From NCBI GenBank assembly GCA_030679895.1, contig JAUXSN010000047.1, forward strand, positions 65,328-129,327: 64,000 nt of DNA, given 5' to 3'. Source of the DNA: Candidatus Moraniibacteriota bacterium. Its GTDB lineage: Bacteria > Patescibacteriota > Minisyncoccia > Moranbacterales > UBA11712. Positions 9,818 to 18,897 of the stretch are shown here, piece by piece. Position 1 is the stretch's first letter. Each line of letters starts with the position of its first letter. The translations under genes and the position numbers were made by a program. Below the pieces are notes generated by a model that saw only the letters and a list, made by a program, of their open reading frames with translations, was not told where the DNA came from and made no database searches.

Positions 9818-10459
9818 CTACAGCATTCCCGTGTATAGTTTTTTATAATAAAAATCAACGTCCCGGATCCACTTGGACGCGCCCCGCCCGGTCTCCCCGG
9901 AACAGCTCCCCCCGCATTTCCAGACAAGCATTTTCCGCGGAGTGTCTATATTTTCAGCGACCAGGTTTTTTATCCGCTTTCCGACAACACTCACCGCCTG
10001 GGATCGGGACTTGAAACAGCTATATCCGGAGGCCGTTGTGTTTTCCCTTCCCCGATAGCCCCAGTAATTGAAACATTCCTTCCCGTTTTTTTTGGGCGTG
10101 CGCTTTCCCCAGTTGCTTTCTTTTTTAGCAATTGCGACCAGAAACGCCGCCACCTTTTTATCCTGCTTGGCGATATAGGGAGCCATTTTTTCAATCGGGT
10201 AATCGGAAACAACTTTGCCGATATTTTTTTCCAGTTTTGTCGGCACCCTCCGTTGGACTTGAGATATCGCTTCCGGATAAACTATATTCTGGCTTTCAAA
10301 GCAAAACGCGATAAAAAACAATGAAAAAGCGATTAAAAAACCAAAAAGAATATCTTCCGGAGTTTTGAGATATTTTTCCGTGATTTTTATTATTTTTTCT
10401 TTTTTATTTCCGCCTTCCTCGTTTCTGGAGGCGGTTCGGACAACTTTCTTTTTTCTCAT
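9818..10459 (-). CDS. Membrane-anchored protein with a putative lysozyme-like (glucosaminidase-like) domain
   Basis: TM helix followed by FLVAIAKKESNWGK...CFNYWGY. Confidence 0.55.
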   Translation of the reverse strand: MRKKKVVRTASRNEEGGNKKEKIIKITEKYLKTPEDILFGFLIAFSLFFIAFCFESQNIVYPEAISQVQRRVPTKLEKNIGKVVSDYPIEKMAPYIAKQDKKVAAFLVAIAKKESNWGKRTPKKNGKECFNYWGYRGRENTTASGYSCFKSRSQAVSVVGKRIKNLVAENIDTPRKMLVWKCGGSCSGETGRGASKWIRDVDFYYKKLYTGML

Positions 10460-10667
10460 AATGCTCTTTTTCGACTTTAAAACAGCAAAAAACGGGCTAT
10501 CACCCGTCTTCGTTTCTTTCTTTTTCTGATTAAATTATAGCACACATTTCATCTCGAATCAATCACCTTTTGTTTTCAAGCATTGACATGATTTAGCAAT
10601 TGATAATTGGCTCATTATGCAAAATTAAAATCCCATTTTTGGGGATTTTAATTCCTGCGCGCTCCTT

Positions 10668-11066
10668 TTATTCCGTCGCCGCACCATCGAATTCCGCTTC
10701 GTTGGCTTCAGCCTTTTCTTTGGTCGCGCGGACGATTCCGTCTTTGTGGTGCGCCGGTGAATAAATAGTGTAAAGCTTCAATTCTTCCGTTTCGGAAAGA
10801 TTGACGACATTATGCTGCGCTCCCGCCGGCACGACTATGGCTGATCCGTCGGTGACATCATATTCGTTGCCGTCAATGACGCATTTGCCCTGCCCTTTTT
10901 CAAAGCGGAAAAACTGGTCGTTTTCCGGGTGGACTTCCAAGCCGATTTCTTCTTTGGGCGCGAGATTCATCAGCACTAACTGGCTGTGTTTTCCGGTATA
11001 AAGCACTTTGCGGAAATTGCTGTTTTCCAAAGTGTCTTTTTCGATATTCGCATTGAATCCTTTCAT
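10668..11066 (-). CDS. Cupin domain protein
   Basis: EIGLEVHPENDQFFRFEKG, VPAGAQHNVVN, KLYTIYSPAHH. Confidence 0.9.
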   Translation of the reverse strand: MKGFNANIEKDTLENSNFRKVLYTGKHSQLVLMNLAPKEEIGLEVHPENDQFFRFEKGQGKCVIDGNEYDVTDGSAIVVPAGAQHNVVNLSETEELKLYTIYSPAHHKDGIVRATKEKAEANEAEFDGAATE

Positions 11067-11196
11067 TATTTTTTTTATTAAAAATTAGCTTCTTAATTGT
11101 ATTACATAAAATAAAAAAAGAAAAATTCATTTCCCGTAAACATCGGCCAGACGCTATCAATGATTCCGCCTAACAACCTCGGATATTAGAAAATAT

Positions 11197-11448
11197 TCAA
11201 GGACAACTTTCTTCCCACGTTCGCAGACATTTCTTTTTTTGTTCGCACCAGCTGTACCCGGCCGGGATGAGGCATCCGTGTTCGTCTTTTTGTCCTCCGA
11301 TGGATTCGGGAGCGTTTTCTTTGTTTTCAGCTGACGGAGCCACGTCCACTGAGCTATTTTTGTCCTCATCGCTTCTCAATTTAACTACAACCGCGGCAGC
11401 GATAAGCAGCAGCGCCAAAACCGCGATAATGATAATTATTTTTTTCAT
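11197..11448 (-). CDS. Small exported Cys-rich protein
   Basis: N-terminal TM; GGQKDEHGCLIPAGYSWCEQKKKCLRTWEESC. Confidence 0.7.
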   Translation of the reverse strand: MKKIIIIIAVLALLLIAAAVVVKLRSDEDKNSSVDVAPSAENKENAPESIGGQKDEHGCLIPAGYSWCEQKKKCLRTWEESCP

Positions 11449-11891
11449 AAGAGCTGATTAAAATTATAGCCTATCAAGACATCGAAGAATGTAGAGATAT
11501 TGCCTATTCTCATTATACAGCATCCCAAAAAAACTTGTCCGCTTGTCATGGCGGGCGTAAAAAAGTCCGCATGCCCGGATTGCATTGTTTTAAGCGCTGT
11601 GCTAAATTGTTTTGACACTTTGAAAGTGTCTGGGTCTATCAAAGAAGCTGGCCGAATGTTTGGAAATCCGGAGGGAAAAAATGGATACTCAAAAAACTTT
11701 GAAAATTTTGTTTGTAGGTTTTGGACACGTCAGCCTTCTCATAAGGGAAGAAGCCCATGAGCACGGAGGGCATCTCGTCGAAACTGAATTTTCACCTGAA
11801 GAGGCGAGGGTACGCCTTTCCGAAAAAAATCACGCTTTCAACCTCTTGTCAAGTACCCCTTTTTTCGCCGGAATTCGAGCAATGAATCTAT

Positions 11892-11914
11892 TTTCTAACA
11901 TCGGATGTTAGGAA
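11892..11914. repeat. REP-like palindrome
   Basis: TTTCTAACAT-CGG-ATGTTAGGAA; part of a ~35-bp imperfect direct repeat with 12960-12995. Confidence 0.75.
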
Positions 11915-11954
11915 GTGGCCAGCCTCAACGGCTTGCGAGTAAAAGTCAACTATT

Positions 11955-12137
11955 TCATCGACAATTTTCCCAATTTGTGTTCTCCCTGAGCATTTCCAAC
12001 CAACGGTATTTGGCTTTTGCGAAATACACCACAAGAACCTTACTGTCATTTGCCACTGACAACATCTTTTTGAAAAAATGCCTATTATGAATATTATTTT
12101 TCTTTGTTTCCCCGCCGTGGAGAATGTATTTGGTCAT
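11955..12137 (-). pseudogene. Truncated peptidase S51 / class I glutamine-amidotransferase-like fragment
   Basis: MTKYILHGG...KVLVVYFAK N-terminus only; ends shortly before a REP-like palindrome. Confidence 0.5.
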
Positions 12138-12213
12138 ACTTATGCTTATCAATTTCTCCCCCGCCGGGATTTGAGGTTCCGGATTGCCCGCCAAGGTTCA
12201 ACCTTATTTAAGC

Positions 12214-12864
12214 TTATTTCGCGCAAATAAATGCGGATTCAGTTCCAATGTTGGATATAAATTTTATGAAAAAGAAATAAGTGGGATTTATGTATGTCCA
12301 GTTTTTCACGATTTTAAATCCCGTCTTTTCAAGAAGCTTCATCATATCTTTATGGAGAAAAAGGCCAATATGATGTTCTTTTTTATCCGCATATCCGAAA
12401 ACTTTTTTTCTGAATGAATTAAGATTAGGCGTATTGATATATAATATCCCCTCTCTTTTCAATGCCTTGAAAATGTTTTTCAGCGCCTTTTCAGGGTGCT
12501 CCAAGTGCTCTAGAACGTCGTTGCACGTGATTATATCAAAAGTTTCTTCGGGAAATGGCAGTTCGTCCTCTGCGTTAGCCACTATAAATTTCGCATCTGG
12601 CAGCTTTTGCCTCGCCACGCCTATTGCGTATTCTGACACATCAACCCCGAACTTTTCAAATGAATCTGGAAATCTTTGCAGTATGAAACCAAAGGCGCAT
12701 CCGACGTCCAGCACCTTCCCTGCTCCAAGTTTTTTGATATAAGGTTTGAGCGGTTTGAAGATAGTGTCAAAATAAAATTTTGCGAAATTTCCATAGCCCA
12801 GCTTATAAAAGAATGATTTCTTGCCATCGAAATACTCTTTGTTATATATTTCTTTATAATTCAT
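12214..12864 (-). CDS. Class I SAM-dependent methyltransferase
   Basis: VLDVGCAFG, FDIITCNDVLEHL. Confidence 0.9.
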   Translation of the reverse strand: MNYKEIYNKEYFDGKKSFFYKLGYGNFAKFYFDTIFKPLKPYIKKLGAGKVLDVGCAFGFILQRFPDSFEKFGVDVSEYAIGVARQKLPDAKFIVANAEDELPFPEETFDIITCNDVLEHLEHPEKALKNIFKALKREGILYINTPNLNSFRKKVFGYADKKEHHIGLFLHKDMMKLLEKTGFKIVKNWTYINPTYFFFIKFISNIGTESAFICAK

Positions 12865-12877
12865 AGCTTGTAATTCT

Positions 12878-12987
12878 GCTAAGGCTAAGCCTTAGCGAAG
12901 GTTAGTTGTTACGTAACATGTTACGTAACACAGACTCGGGGAGGCTAGTTTTTTTAACATCTATTTTCCAACATTCGATGTTGGGAA
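12878..12987. repeat. Palindrome cluster: two REP-like palindromes and a tandem TGTTACGTAACA
   Basis: GCTAAGGC-TAA-GCCTTAGC; TGTTACGTAACA x2; TTTCCAACAT-TCG-ATGTTGGGAA. Confidence 0.75.
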
Positions 12988-13002
12988 GCGGCTAGAAAGG
13001 AA

Positions 13003-14154
13003 CTACAGATATCCTAGCACTTCGTAAACAAGCCTCCAAAGCTGAAAGACTTCCGGCAAATATTCCTTGAAGAAACTTGCAAACGTCAGGGGAGGAAAAA
13101 TTGGATTTACATGGGAGAAAATTTTTAGAAGGTAAAGCTGTGTTCGCGTCTTGTTCTTAAAAACATCATAAAGTTCAACCGACTGGCTAAAGGGAATGAC
13201 ATTGTCGTTGAGGCTGTGAACGACAAACAAATCAGCCGGAATGTTTTCAACTTGTTTTGCGGGATCGAGTTTCAAAATAAAATCTTTCAATTCCTGGGGA
13301 AGACTGTCGGTTAGTTCATTGACTCTTGCGGGATCGGTGTTCGTTATGAGATCAAAAATGGATTTTCCTTCGGCAGAAAGCCTGCCCGACATATCAGAAG
13401 TGTCTGCAGCCGGGTCGGCAATTTTAATTTGAGCAATTTGTTTTAAAAGTTCGGCATCTTCGCGATTCTTGATAAAATCGGCATAGTATCTCACAAAAAA
13501 CCAGCGGCTTTGCGGATCCGGCTCAATGAAATAGTCCTTTCCCTGATAGAAGAAGTGGCCGGTGGTGCAAAAGCCAATCACCTCGCGAAGATCGTAGTAG
13601 CCTCCGAAACTGATCATGAATTTGGTCGGGATTTGGTTTTGCAGATTCGAAACGGCGATCATTGCCGGTCCCGAACCGATGCTGAATCCCAAGACGCCGA
13701 TTTTCTCCGGCGCGATAATATCTTTGCGCTGGGAGATGTACTCGATGCTTTTTTCAATTTCCGAAATTGCTTTTGGATTAAGTTTGCCCGGACTCATATC
13801 AGGCAGTTGGGGGACCAAGACCGCAAAGCCCGCCCGAGAAAATGACCTGGCCAGGCTGTCCAAACGGGGGTCGTCTTTTCCCAGCTCGTTCACTCCGTGG
13901 ACATAAACCAGTGCCGCTTGCTTCCCTTTCTTTTTTGGCCGATAGAGATTGGTTTCAATCTTTTCTCCGTTGAAATCAATTTCAGGGTGTTCGACAACTA
14001 TATCTTTTCCTGCATAATCCAGCCATTTGGTTTTAGTTTGGGGAACAAGATCATGAATTACCAAAAGAGCCAGCAGTCCCCTTCGAACTTGGGGGAAAGA
14101 AAGCGCAACAAGCATTAAAACCAGGAAAATTATTGCAATTTTCTTCATAAACAT
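13003..14154 (-). CDS. Membrane-anchored alpha/beta hydrolase
   Basis: YVHG, GFSIG nucleophile elbow, HSLNDNVIP, FSH. Confidence 0.8.
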   Translation of the reverse strand: MFMKKIAIIFLVLMLVALSFPQVRRGLLALLVIHDLVPQTKTKWLDYAGKDIVVEHPEIDFNGEKIETNLYRPKKKGKQAALVYVHGVNELGKDDPRLDSLARSFSRAGFAVLVPQLPDMSPGKLNPKAISEIEKSIEYISQRKDIIAPEKIGVLGFSIGSGPAMIAVSNLQNQIPTKFMISFGGYYDLREVIGFCTTGHFFYQGKDYFIEPDPQSRWFFVRYYADFIKNREDAELLKQIAQIKIADPAADTSDMSGRLSAEGKSIFDLITNTDPARVNELTDSLPQELKDFILKLDPAKQVENIPADLFVVHSLNDNVIPFSQSVELYDVFKNKTRTQLYLLKIFSHVNPIFPPLTFASFFKEYLPEVFQLWRLVYEVLGYL

Positions 14155-14173
14155 CGCTTAGGCGAAGACCTGA

Positions 14174-14455
14174 TCAAAGTTTGAACAATCTTCGCAGTTC
14201 TCCCTTTGCCTGCTCCAGAGTTTCTTTCCTTTCCGGATCAAGATTTTTTCCGGCGCGGTTGATATAAAAATTCAGCATTGACATCGCCGATTGAAACGGC
14301 GTTCCTTTCCGATGTATGCTCTCCTCGGCTGATCTTTTGAGGGATCTCGCAATTTTTTTCGGATCGTCCCAAGTGAAAACGCCTTTTTCCAAATCAAGAG
14401 CAGAGCTATGTCGGGTCACATAACGGGACCAGTATTTGCTTTTTGGTCTTTTCAT
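14174..14455 (-). CDS. DUF3175-like protein
   Basis: WSRYVTRHSSALDLEKGVFT...PFQSAMSMLNFYINRAGKNL. Confidence 0.8.
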   Translation of the reverse strand: MKRPKSKYWSRYVTRHSSALDLEKGVFTWDDPKKIARSLKRSAEESIHRKGTPFQSAMSMLNFYINRAGKNLDPERKETLEQAKGELRRLFKL

Positions 14456-14601
14456 CGGTTCTGGTTATTATGCCGGCCCAAATTTTACCGCCGGTTTAAT
14501 TTCTTGGAAGGGAAACTATGGCAAAGTTTTGATTTTTAAGTTTATTTTGTTGTTTTTCAAATTTTTCTTTCCCCCGCCGGAATTTGAGCTCCGGGTTTTT
14601 A

Positions 14602-14624
14602 TTCCTAAAGTTCAACTTTAGGAA
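14602..14624. repeat. REP-like palindrome
   Basis: TTCCTAAAGT-TCA-ACTTTAGGAA. Confidence 0.85.
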
Positions 14625-14654
14625 ATATTATGATAGACTTACCATTCTTTGGTA

Positions 14655-15203
14655 TTAGAATGCTAACGGAAATGATTCTAAAACGTAATATATCCGCTTC
14701 CCTTTCTCGTATTTGCTCTCAAAAAGCTCCACAGATAATACCGGAACGCTGAAATTTATTTCTCTCTTTAATTCAAAATCCTGTTGAATCACGTCTCGGC
14801 TGCCTTTTTTTATTCTTCCCAATGTGATATGAGGAATATATTTTCTTCGTTTCTTATATACTTCGCCCAAACTTTTATCAAGTCTGCTTTTCAGAGTGTT
14901 AAGCTCTTGATCCTCTTTACCTGTAATCCACATAAGCCGCTTTGATTTTTCGCTCGGACCCGCTTCAACGCAAAAAAATTCCAATTCAAAGCTTTTCTGT
15001 TTCGAGGTGGCTTCCCGGATTGCATCGCGTAATTCCGGAATCTTTTCTTCCAGTGTAAAGCCGAGAAAATTTAACGTAATATGATAATTCTCTTTACGCG
15101 ACCACGCAACTGGAAGTTTCTTAAGCTCTTTTTCAACGAAATGAAAAATGCGCTTTTTGATGTCATCCGGAATGGAAATTCCGACAAATATGCGCCTTTG
15201 CAT
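14655..15203 (-). CDS. thpR: RNA 2',3'-cyclic phosphodiesterase (LigT/ThpR)
   Basis: RIFVGI; two HxT motifs (YHITLNFLG, PHITLGR). Confidence 0.9.
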   Translation of the reverse strand: MQRRIFVGISIPDDIKKRIFHFVEKELKKLPVAWSRKENYHITLNFLGFTLEEKIPELRDAIREATSKQKSFELEFFCVEAGPSEKSKRLMWITGKEDQELNTLKSRLDKSLGEVYKKRRKYIPHITLGRIKKGSRDVIQQDFELKREINFSVPVLSVELFESKYEKGKRIYYVLESFPLAF

Positions 15204-15279
15204 ATGGCTTTCCTTTCCCGGCTCACGCCGTTAATTTTTAATCTTAGGTTCAACATTAGCAAAGCTTAGCGAGGCTCGC

Positions 15280-15981
15280 TTAAATTTTCTTTGATTTTTT
15301 GATCAATTCCATTTTTTCAGATTTCTTCAGCTTTTTGATCCGGGCTTCTTCCCGAGAGGCCGAGGATTGATCTTTGAACTTTCGCGAATATACCAGCCTG
15401 ACCGGCCGGCGGGCCGAAGTATATTTCGAGCCCAGCTTCGAGTCGTTATGCTCGGCAATTCTCCGTCCAAGATCCGTGGTGATCCCGGTGTATAAAGTTT
15501 TGTCAGCGCATTCAAGGATATATAAATAATACAGTTTTTTAATATTTGATTTTGGAGCGGGTTGAGCGCGCATTTTGGAAAAAAATTTTTCAGGATCGAT
15601 GAAATTTTTGAAATTTTTGATCGCCACTTTTCCCCGGCTGATGTCGATATGCAGGTGCGGACCTTTTGTCAGTTTTCCGGTGTTTCCCGTCAGGCCCAAA
15701 ATTGCTCCTTTTTTGTATCTCCCGACTTTCGAAAAACTCTTGAGATGCATGAACCGCAGGATGACTTTCCCATAGCGCGAATCAACGAGTGCGGCATGAA
15801 CCGTATTTCCCCCTTCAGGAAAATTTCCAGCGACAACAATTTCGCAATCGTCCGGCGCATAGACCGCCGTCCCCTCGGGCACGATATAGTCCGCGCCGAG
15901 ATGACGCGCGGAATAGAAAGTCTTTTCGCCGAATCTATATCCCCGCTTGATCCTATTCCAGTTTTTCAAAGGATACCGCAT
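15280..15981 (-). CDS. M23 peptidase - GIY-YIG nuclease fusion
   Basis: HLGAD...HLH (M23), then YLYILECADKTLYTGITTDLGRRIAEHN (UPF0213-type GIY-YIG). Confidence 0.75.
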   Translation of the reverse strand: MRYPLKNWNRIKRGYRFGEKTFYSARHLGADYIVPEGTAVYAPDDCEIVVAGNFPEGGNTVHAALVDSRYGKVILRFMHLKSFSKVGRYKKGAILGLTGNTGKLTKGPHLHIDISRGKVAIKNFKNFIDPEKFFSKMRAQPAPKSNIKKLYYLYILECADKTLYTGITTDLGRRIAEHNDSKLGSKYTSARRPVRLVYSRKFKDQSSASREEARIKKLKKSEKMELIKKSKKI

Positions 15982-16103
15982 ATTTTTTTAAGGCTAAGTC
16001 TTGGCGAATCTTGTTTGTTACATAACACATTTCTTACCTCATCCTACCAAAAACCCCTTTATTTTTCAAATATAAAGAGGCTGCCCAATTTGCCAATTAA
16101 GAA

Positions 16104-17099
16104 ATGTATGCTAGATTAAACAAACGCAAAATTGCTCTTACAAAACCAAATATCAGGAGGCTCCCGGTGAAAGGACTAAGCCCGCAATGTGGTGGCTCTG
16201 CTCCTTTTGTTGAGGAGCAGTCAATTGGAATTCCGGAAAAGAGCGGCCATCCGAGAGTTCAAAAATATCCCGAGACAGACCAGGCGATGCTGCGACTCGC
16301 GGAGCTTCTCTGGACGGAAAATTTTTTTCGGAGGATATATCCCCTTTTGAAGAGCGAGATCGCTTTGCTGTATCATCCAAGAGTCCTGGTCAAGGGATTA
16401 TACCTCCTCAATCCCCGTCAGAGAAATATGCTTCTTTTCTTCGAAAAAAGTGGCCGGGAGCTGGCGGCTGAGTTGAAAATTCATGAGGCTTCCGCCAGCG
16501 CGCTCCGGACACAGTCTTTCCGGCGTTTGGCTACTGCCATAAGCGATCAGAGGGCGTTTATTTTATCCCTTGGAGAGAGACTTGGCTCGCAGAGCGTGCC
16601 GATCAGTCTTCTCCCGGCTCGGCCAGCTTCAGTCAGAAGAAGCTGCGCTGAAAACAAGGGACGGCGCCTGGCAAGGATCTCGGCGGTTCTCCGCCCTGCG
16701 CTTGATTGGTTGCCAGCCAGTGAGGAACTTTCTTTTTTGGGGCCCGTTCGAAAAAAGCGCAAATGGCTGAGCAGGGTCATACTAGCCAAAGCTCCCCAGC
16801 TGAAACCCGAACAAGCGAATCAAAAAAAATTGGCTCAAGCCGTGAAAAATCCCGTTGATGGATGGAAAAGAGATTTTCTGCTGAACGAGCTCGGGATAAA
16901 GGCCTTAGTTTCCAAGGAGGATTGGAGAGAGGCCTTTCAGAGCTTGTCTGGATCCGAAAGAGATGTTGTGCGGTTTTGTCTTGCGAAGGGAAATAGTTTC
17001 ACTGCTTTTTCCCGCGAAAAATATGGCACTCCGCCATATGCGCGTTCAACTTATCAAAGGGCGAAGCGCAAATTACAGGAGGCATTTTCAAATCCGTAA
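16104..17099 (+). CDS. Hypothetical protein with sigma-70 region-4-like HTH segments
   Basis: LNPRQRNMLL...ELAAELKIHEASASALR and LSGSERDVV...YQRAKRKL; start uncertain. Confidence 0.5.
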   Translation: MYARLNKRKIALTKPNIRRLPVKGLSPQCGGSAPFVEEQSIGIPEKSGHPRVQKYPETDQAMLRLAELLWTENFFRRIYPLLKSEIALLYHPRVLVKGLYLLNPRQRNMLLFFEKSGRELAAELKIHEASASALRTQSFRRLATAISDQRAFILSLGERLGSQSVPISLLPARPASVRRSCAENKGRRLARISAVLRPALDWLPASEELSFLGPVRKKRKWLSRVILAKAPQLKPEQANQKKLAQAVKNPVDGWKRDFLLNELGIKALVSKEDWREAFQSLSGSERDVVRFCLAKGNSFTAFSREKYGTPPYARSTYQRAKRKLQEAFSNP

Positions 17100-17127
17100 T
17101 ACGGATAACAGATTGAATAAAAAAACA

Positions 17128-17156
17128 GGCGGTATCCGCGAGGATAGCCGCCTTTT
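17128..17156. terminator. Bidirectional intrinsic terminator
   Basis: AGGCGG-TATCC..GGATA-GCCGCCT hairpin between convergent ORFs. Confidence 0.6.
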
Positions 17157-17303
17157 ATTTTATATTATTTCCCAATTCATCAAATGTCGGATCCCGAAAA
17201 TTATCCGGCATATTTCAAAAGTAGCCACACGGCTTTTTCAAATAAAAGAGGGACAGGCCATTTGGCCGGTCCCCGGAACTGTAAAGCTGATCGAAGAATT
17301 CGA

Positions 17304-17441
17304 TCAATAAGACTGGAAAGATGAACCGTCAGAGGGTCTTCCGCCACTCTGATGAAGAGGCTGCTGTTCAGCAGCTAATTTCTGGGGCTGCTTTTCTTGA
17401 GCCGCCTTCCCACCGTCTTTACGGTCTGAATTTTCCGGCAT
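17304..17441 (-). CDS. Putative 45-aa small protein
   Basis: AAGGAGG Shine-Dalgarno upstream of ATG; MPENSDRKDGGK...FQSY*. Confidence 0.3.
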   Translation of the reverse strand: MPENSDRKDGGKAAQEKQPQKLAAEQQPLHQSGGRPSDGSSFQSY

Positions 17442-17474
17442 ACCGCCCGCCCTCCTTTGGCGCATAAGTCAGTT

Positions 17475-18386
17475 TCACAACTCTTCATTGAGCAGGTCAT
17501 CGATGGCTTTTGCCGTTATGCCCGGGTGGAACAAAGTCGGGTTGTGATGATTCCCGGGAATTATATTCCACCCGATCTTTTCATCCGGTACGGCTTGTTG
17601 GATCAGGGCAAAGCTTCCCCACGGAGGGTAAACAGTGTCCCGGCCGCCGGAAAGAAAGATGATCCGCGAAGGTACCCTCTTCAGAGTTTCGAGGAGGCCT
17701 CCGCGGCAAATTTCCTGAAATTCAGCCCATCTCAGCCTCAATCTTCCCCACCAAGGGCTTTTTTGCGCCCCGCAGAAATTGATCAAGACTTCGAGATCGT
17801 CGTCCTGGCTTTCGGCTGAACGAGAATATTCCTTGCGTAGCCGGATGCCCGATGCCGCAAATCTCCATAGCAGGGCAATTTTTCCGAAGAAGCCAACCTC
17901 CTCGAGGCCCGAGGGATGAAGAAGCACGAGTTTTTCGCACACCTCCCTATTTATCCGGGCCGCCTCGGCCAAAACTTCCGCACCCATCGAATGGCCGATA
18001 AAATAAGCCTTATGGATTGCAAATGTCTGGAGAACCGCTAAAACAATACCGGAATGATGACTACAAAGATCTTTTCGCCAGTATCGCGGCGGCGGATTTT
18101 CCGATTCCCCGTAGCCCGGAAGGGATATGAGGATAACCCTGTAGCCTAGACAGGCCAGCGAAAAAGCCAGCGGCAGGATTCCTTCCCAGCCGGAACCCCA
18201 ACCCGTCAGGAGAAGGATCGGCATGGATTTTTTCAGCGAAGGCTCGACTTCAACCGAGACATCCCGAAAATCAGTCCCTAAACTCATGCCGTCGGTATAG
18301 AACGGCAAATAATACTTCTTCTCAAGCCGTGTCAAGAATTCCTGGAGATGTTTCTTGAGTTGTGCTGCCATGGCGCCCCCTCCCAA
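17475..18386 (-). CDS. Alpha/beta fold hydrolase
   Basis: LPGYGES, GHSMG, GRDTV, NHH. Confidence 0.85.
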   Translation of the reverse strand: MGGGAMAAQLKKHLQEFLTRLEKKYYLPFYTDGMSLGTDFRDVSVEVEPSLKKSMPILLLTGWGSGWEGILPLAFSLACLGYRVILISLPGYGESENPPPRYWRKDLCSHHSGIVLAVLQTFAIHKAYFIGHSMGAEVLAEAARINREVCEKLVLLHPSGLEEVGFFGKIALLWRFAASGIRLRKEYSRSAESQDDDLEVLINFCGAQKSPWWGRLRLRWAEFQEICRGGLLETLKRVPSRIIFLSGGRDTVYPPWGSFALIQQAVPDEKIGWNIIPGNHHNPTLFHPGITAKAIDDLLNEEL

Positions 18387-18591
18387 TTTTAGTTATTGGA
18401 TTTTGAATTATTTTTTCTATTCGGATTTTAAATAACTGTGATTATTTTTTATATCAGGAAAACAAAAATTTTGCAAAAAAATATTGAAGGACAAAAAAAC
18501 ACGCCGCTGAAGCATGCTCTTTGTTTTCCATAATTTGGATCGTGCTTACGGCCAAAATTGAAACTTTTTCTCTCTGCCAAAAAACTTTTTG

Positions 18592-18663
18592 AGCGGGTGA
18601 AGGGAATCGAACCCTCGTCCTCAGGTTGGAAACCTGATGTAATAGCCACTATACAACACCCGC
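18592..18663 (-). tRNA. tRNA-Gly(TCC)
   Basis: Cloverleaf; anticodon arm TCAGG-TT-TCC-AA-CCTGA. Confidence 0.93.
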
Positions 18664-18720
18664 CTGTTAAGATTTTAAACTTATTGTAAATTGAATCTTC
18701 GAAATTGTAAATTTTGATTT

Positions 18721-18791
18721 TCGGGCTGCTGGGAATCGAACCCAGTCGACACGCTCCCAAAGCGTGCGTACTACCGGTATACGACAGCCCG
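18721..18791 (-). tRNA. tRNA-Pro(TGG)
   Basis: Acceptor CGGGCTG/CAGCCCG; anticodon arm CACGC-TT-TGG-GA-GCGTG. Confidence 0.93.
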
Positions 18792-18897
18792 ATAACATAA
18801 ATTTAAATTCTCCGCGGCTACCAAATACCCCTTGCGATACAAAAGCAAAGGGCATTCGGCATATCGAAAAATATTTTGAATATTCTTTTTTCTGCGG

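Noticed and set aside
11660-11911. Plus-strand ORF MDTQKTLKILFVGFG...
   Set aside because: Short, runs into repeat sequence and has no recognisable domain; may be a remnant.
1200-16010. CRISPR array or classical integron attC array
   Set aside because: Repeats are separated by whole genes at irregular spacing, lack RYYYAAC/GTTRRRY ends, and no cas or intI gene is in the window.
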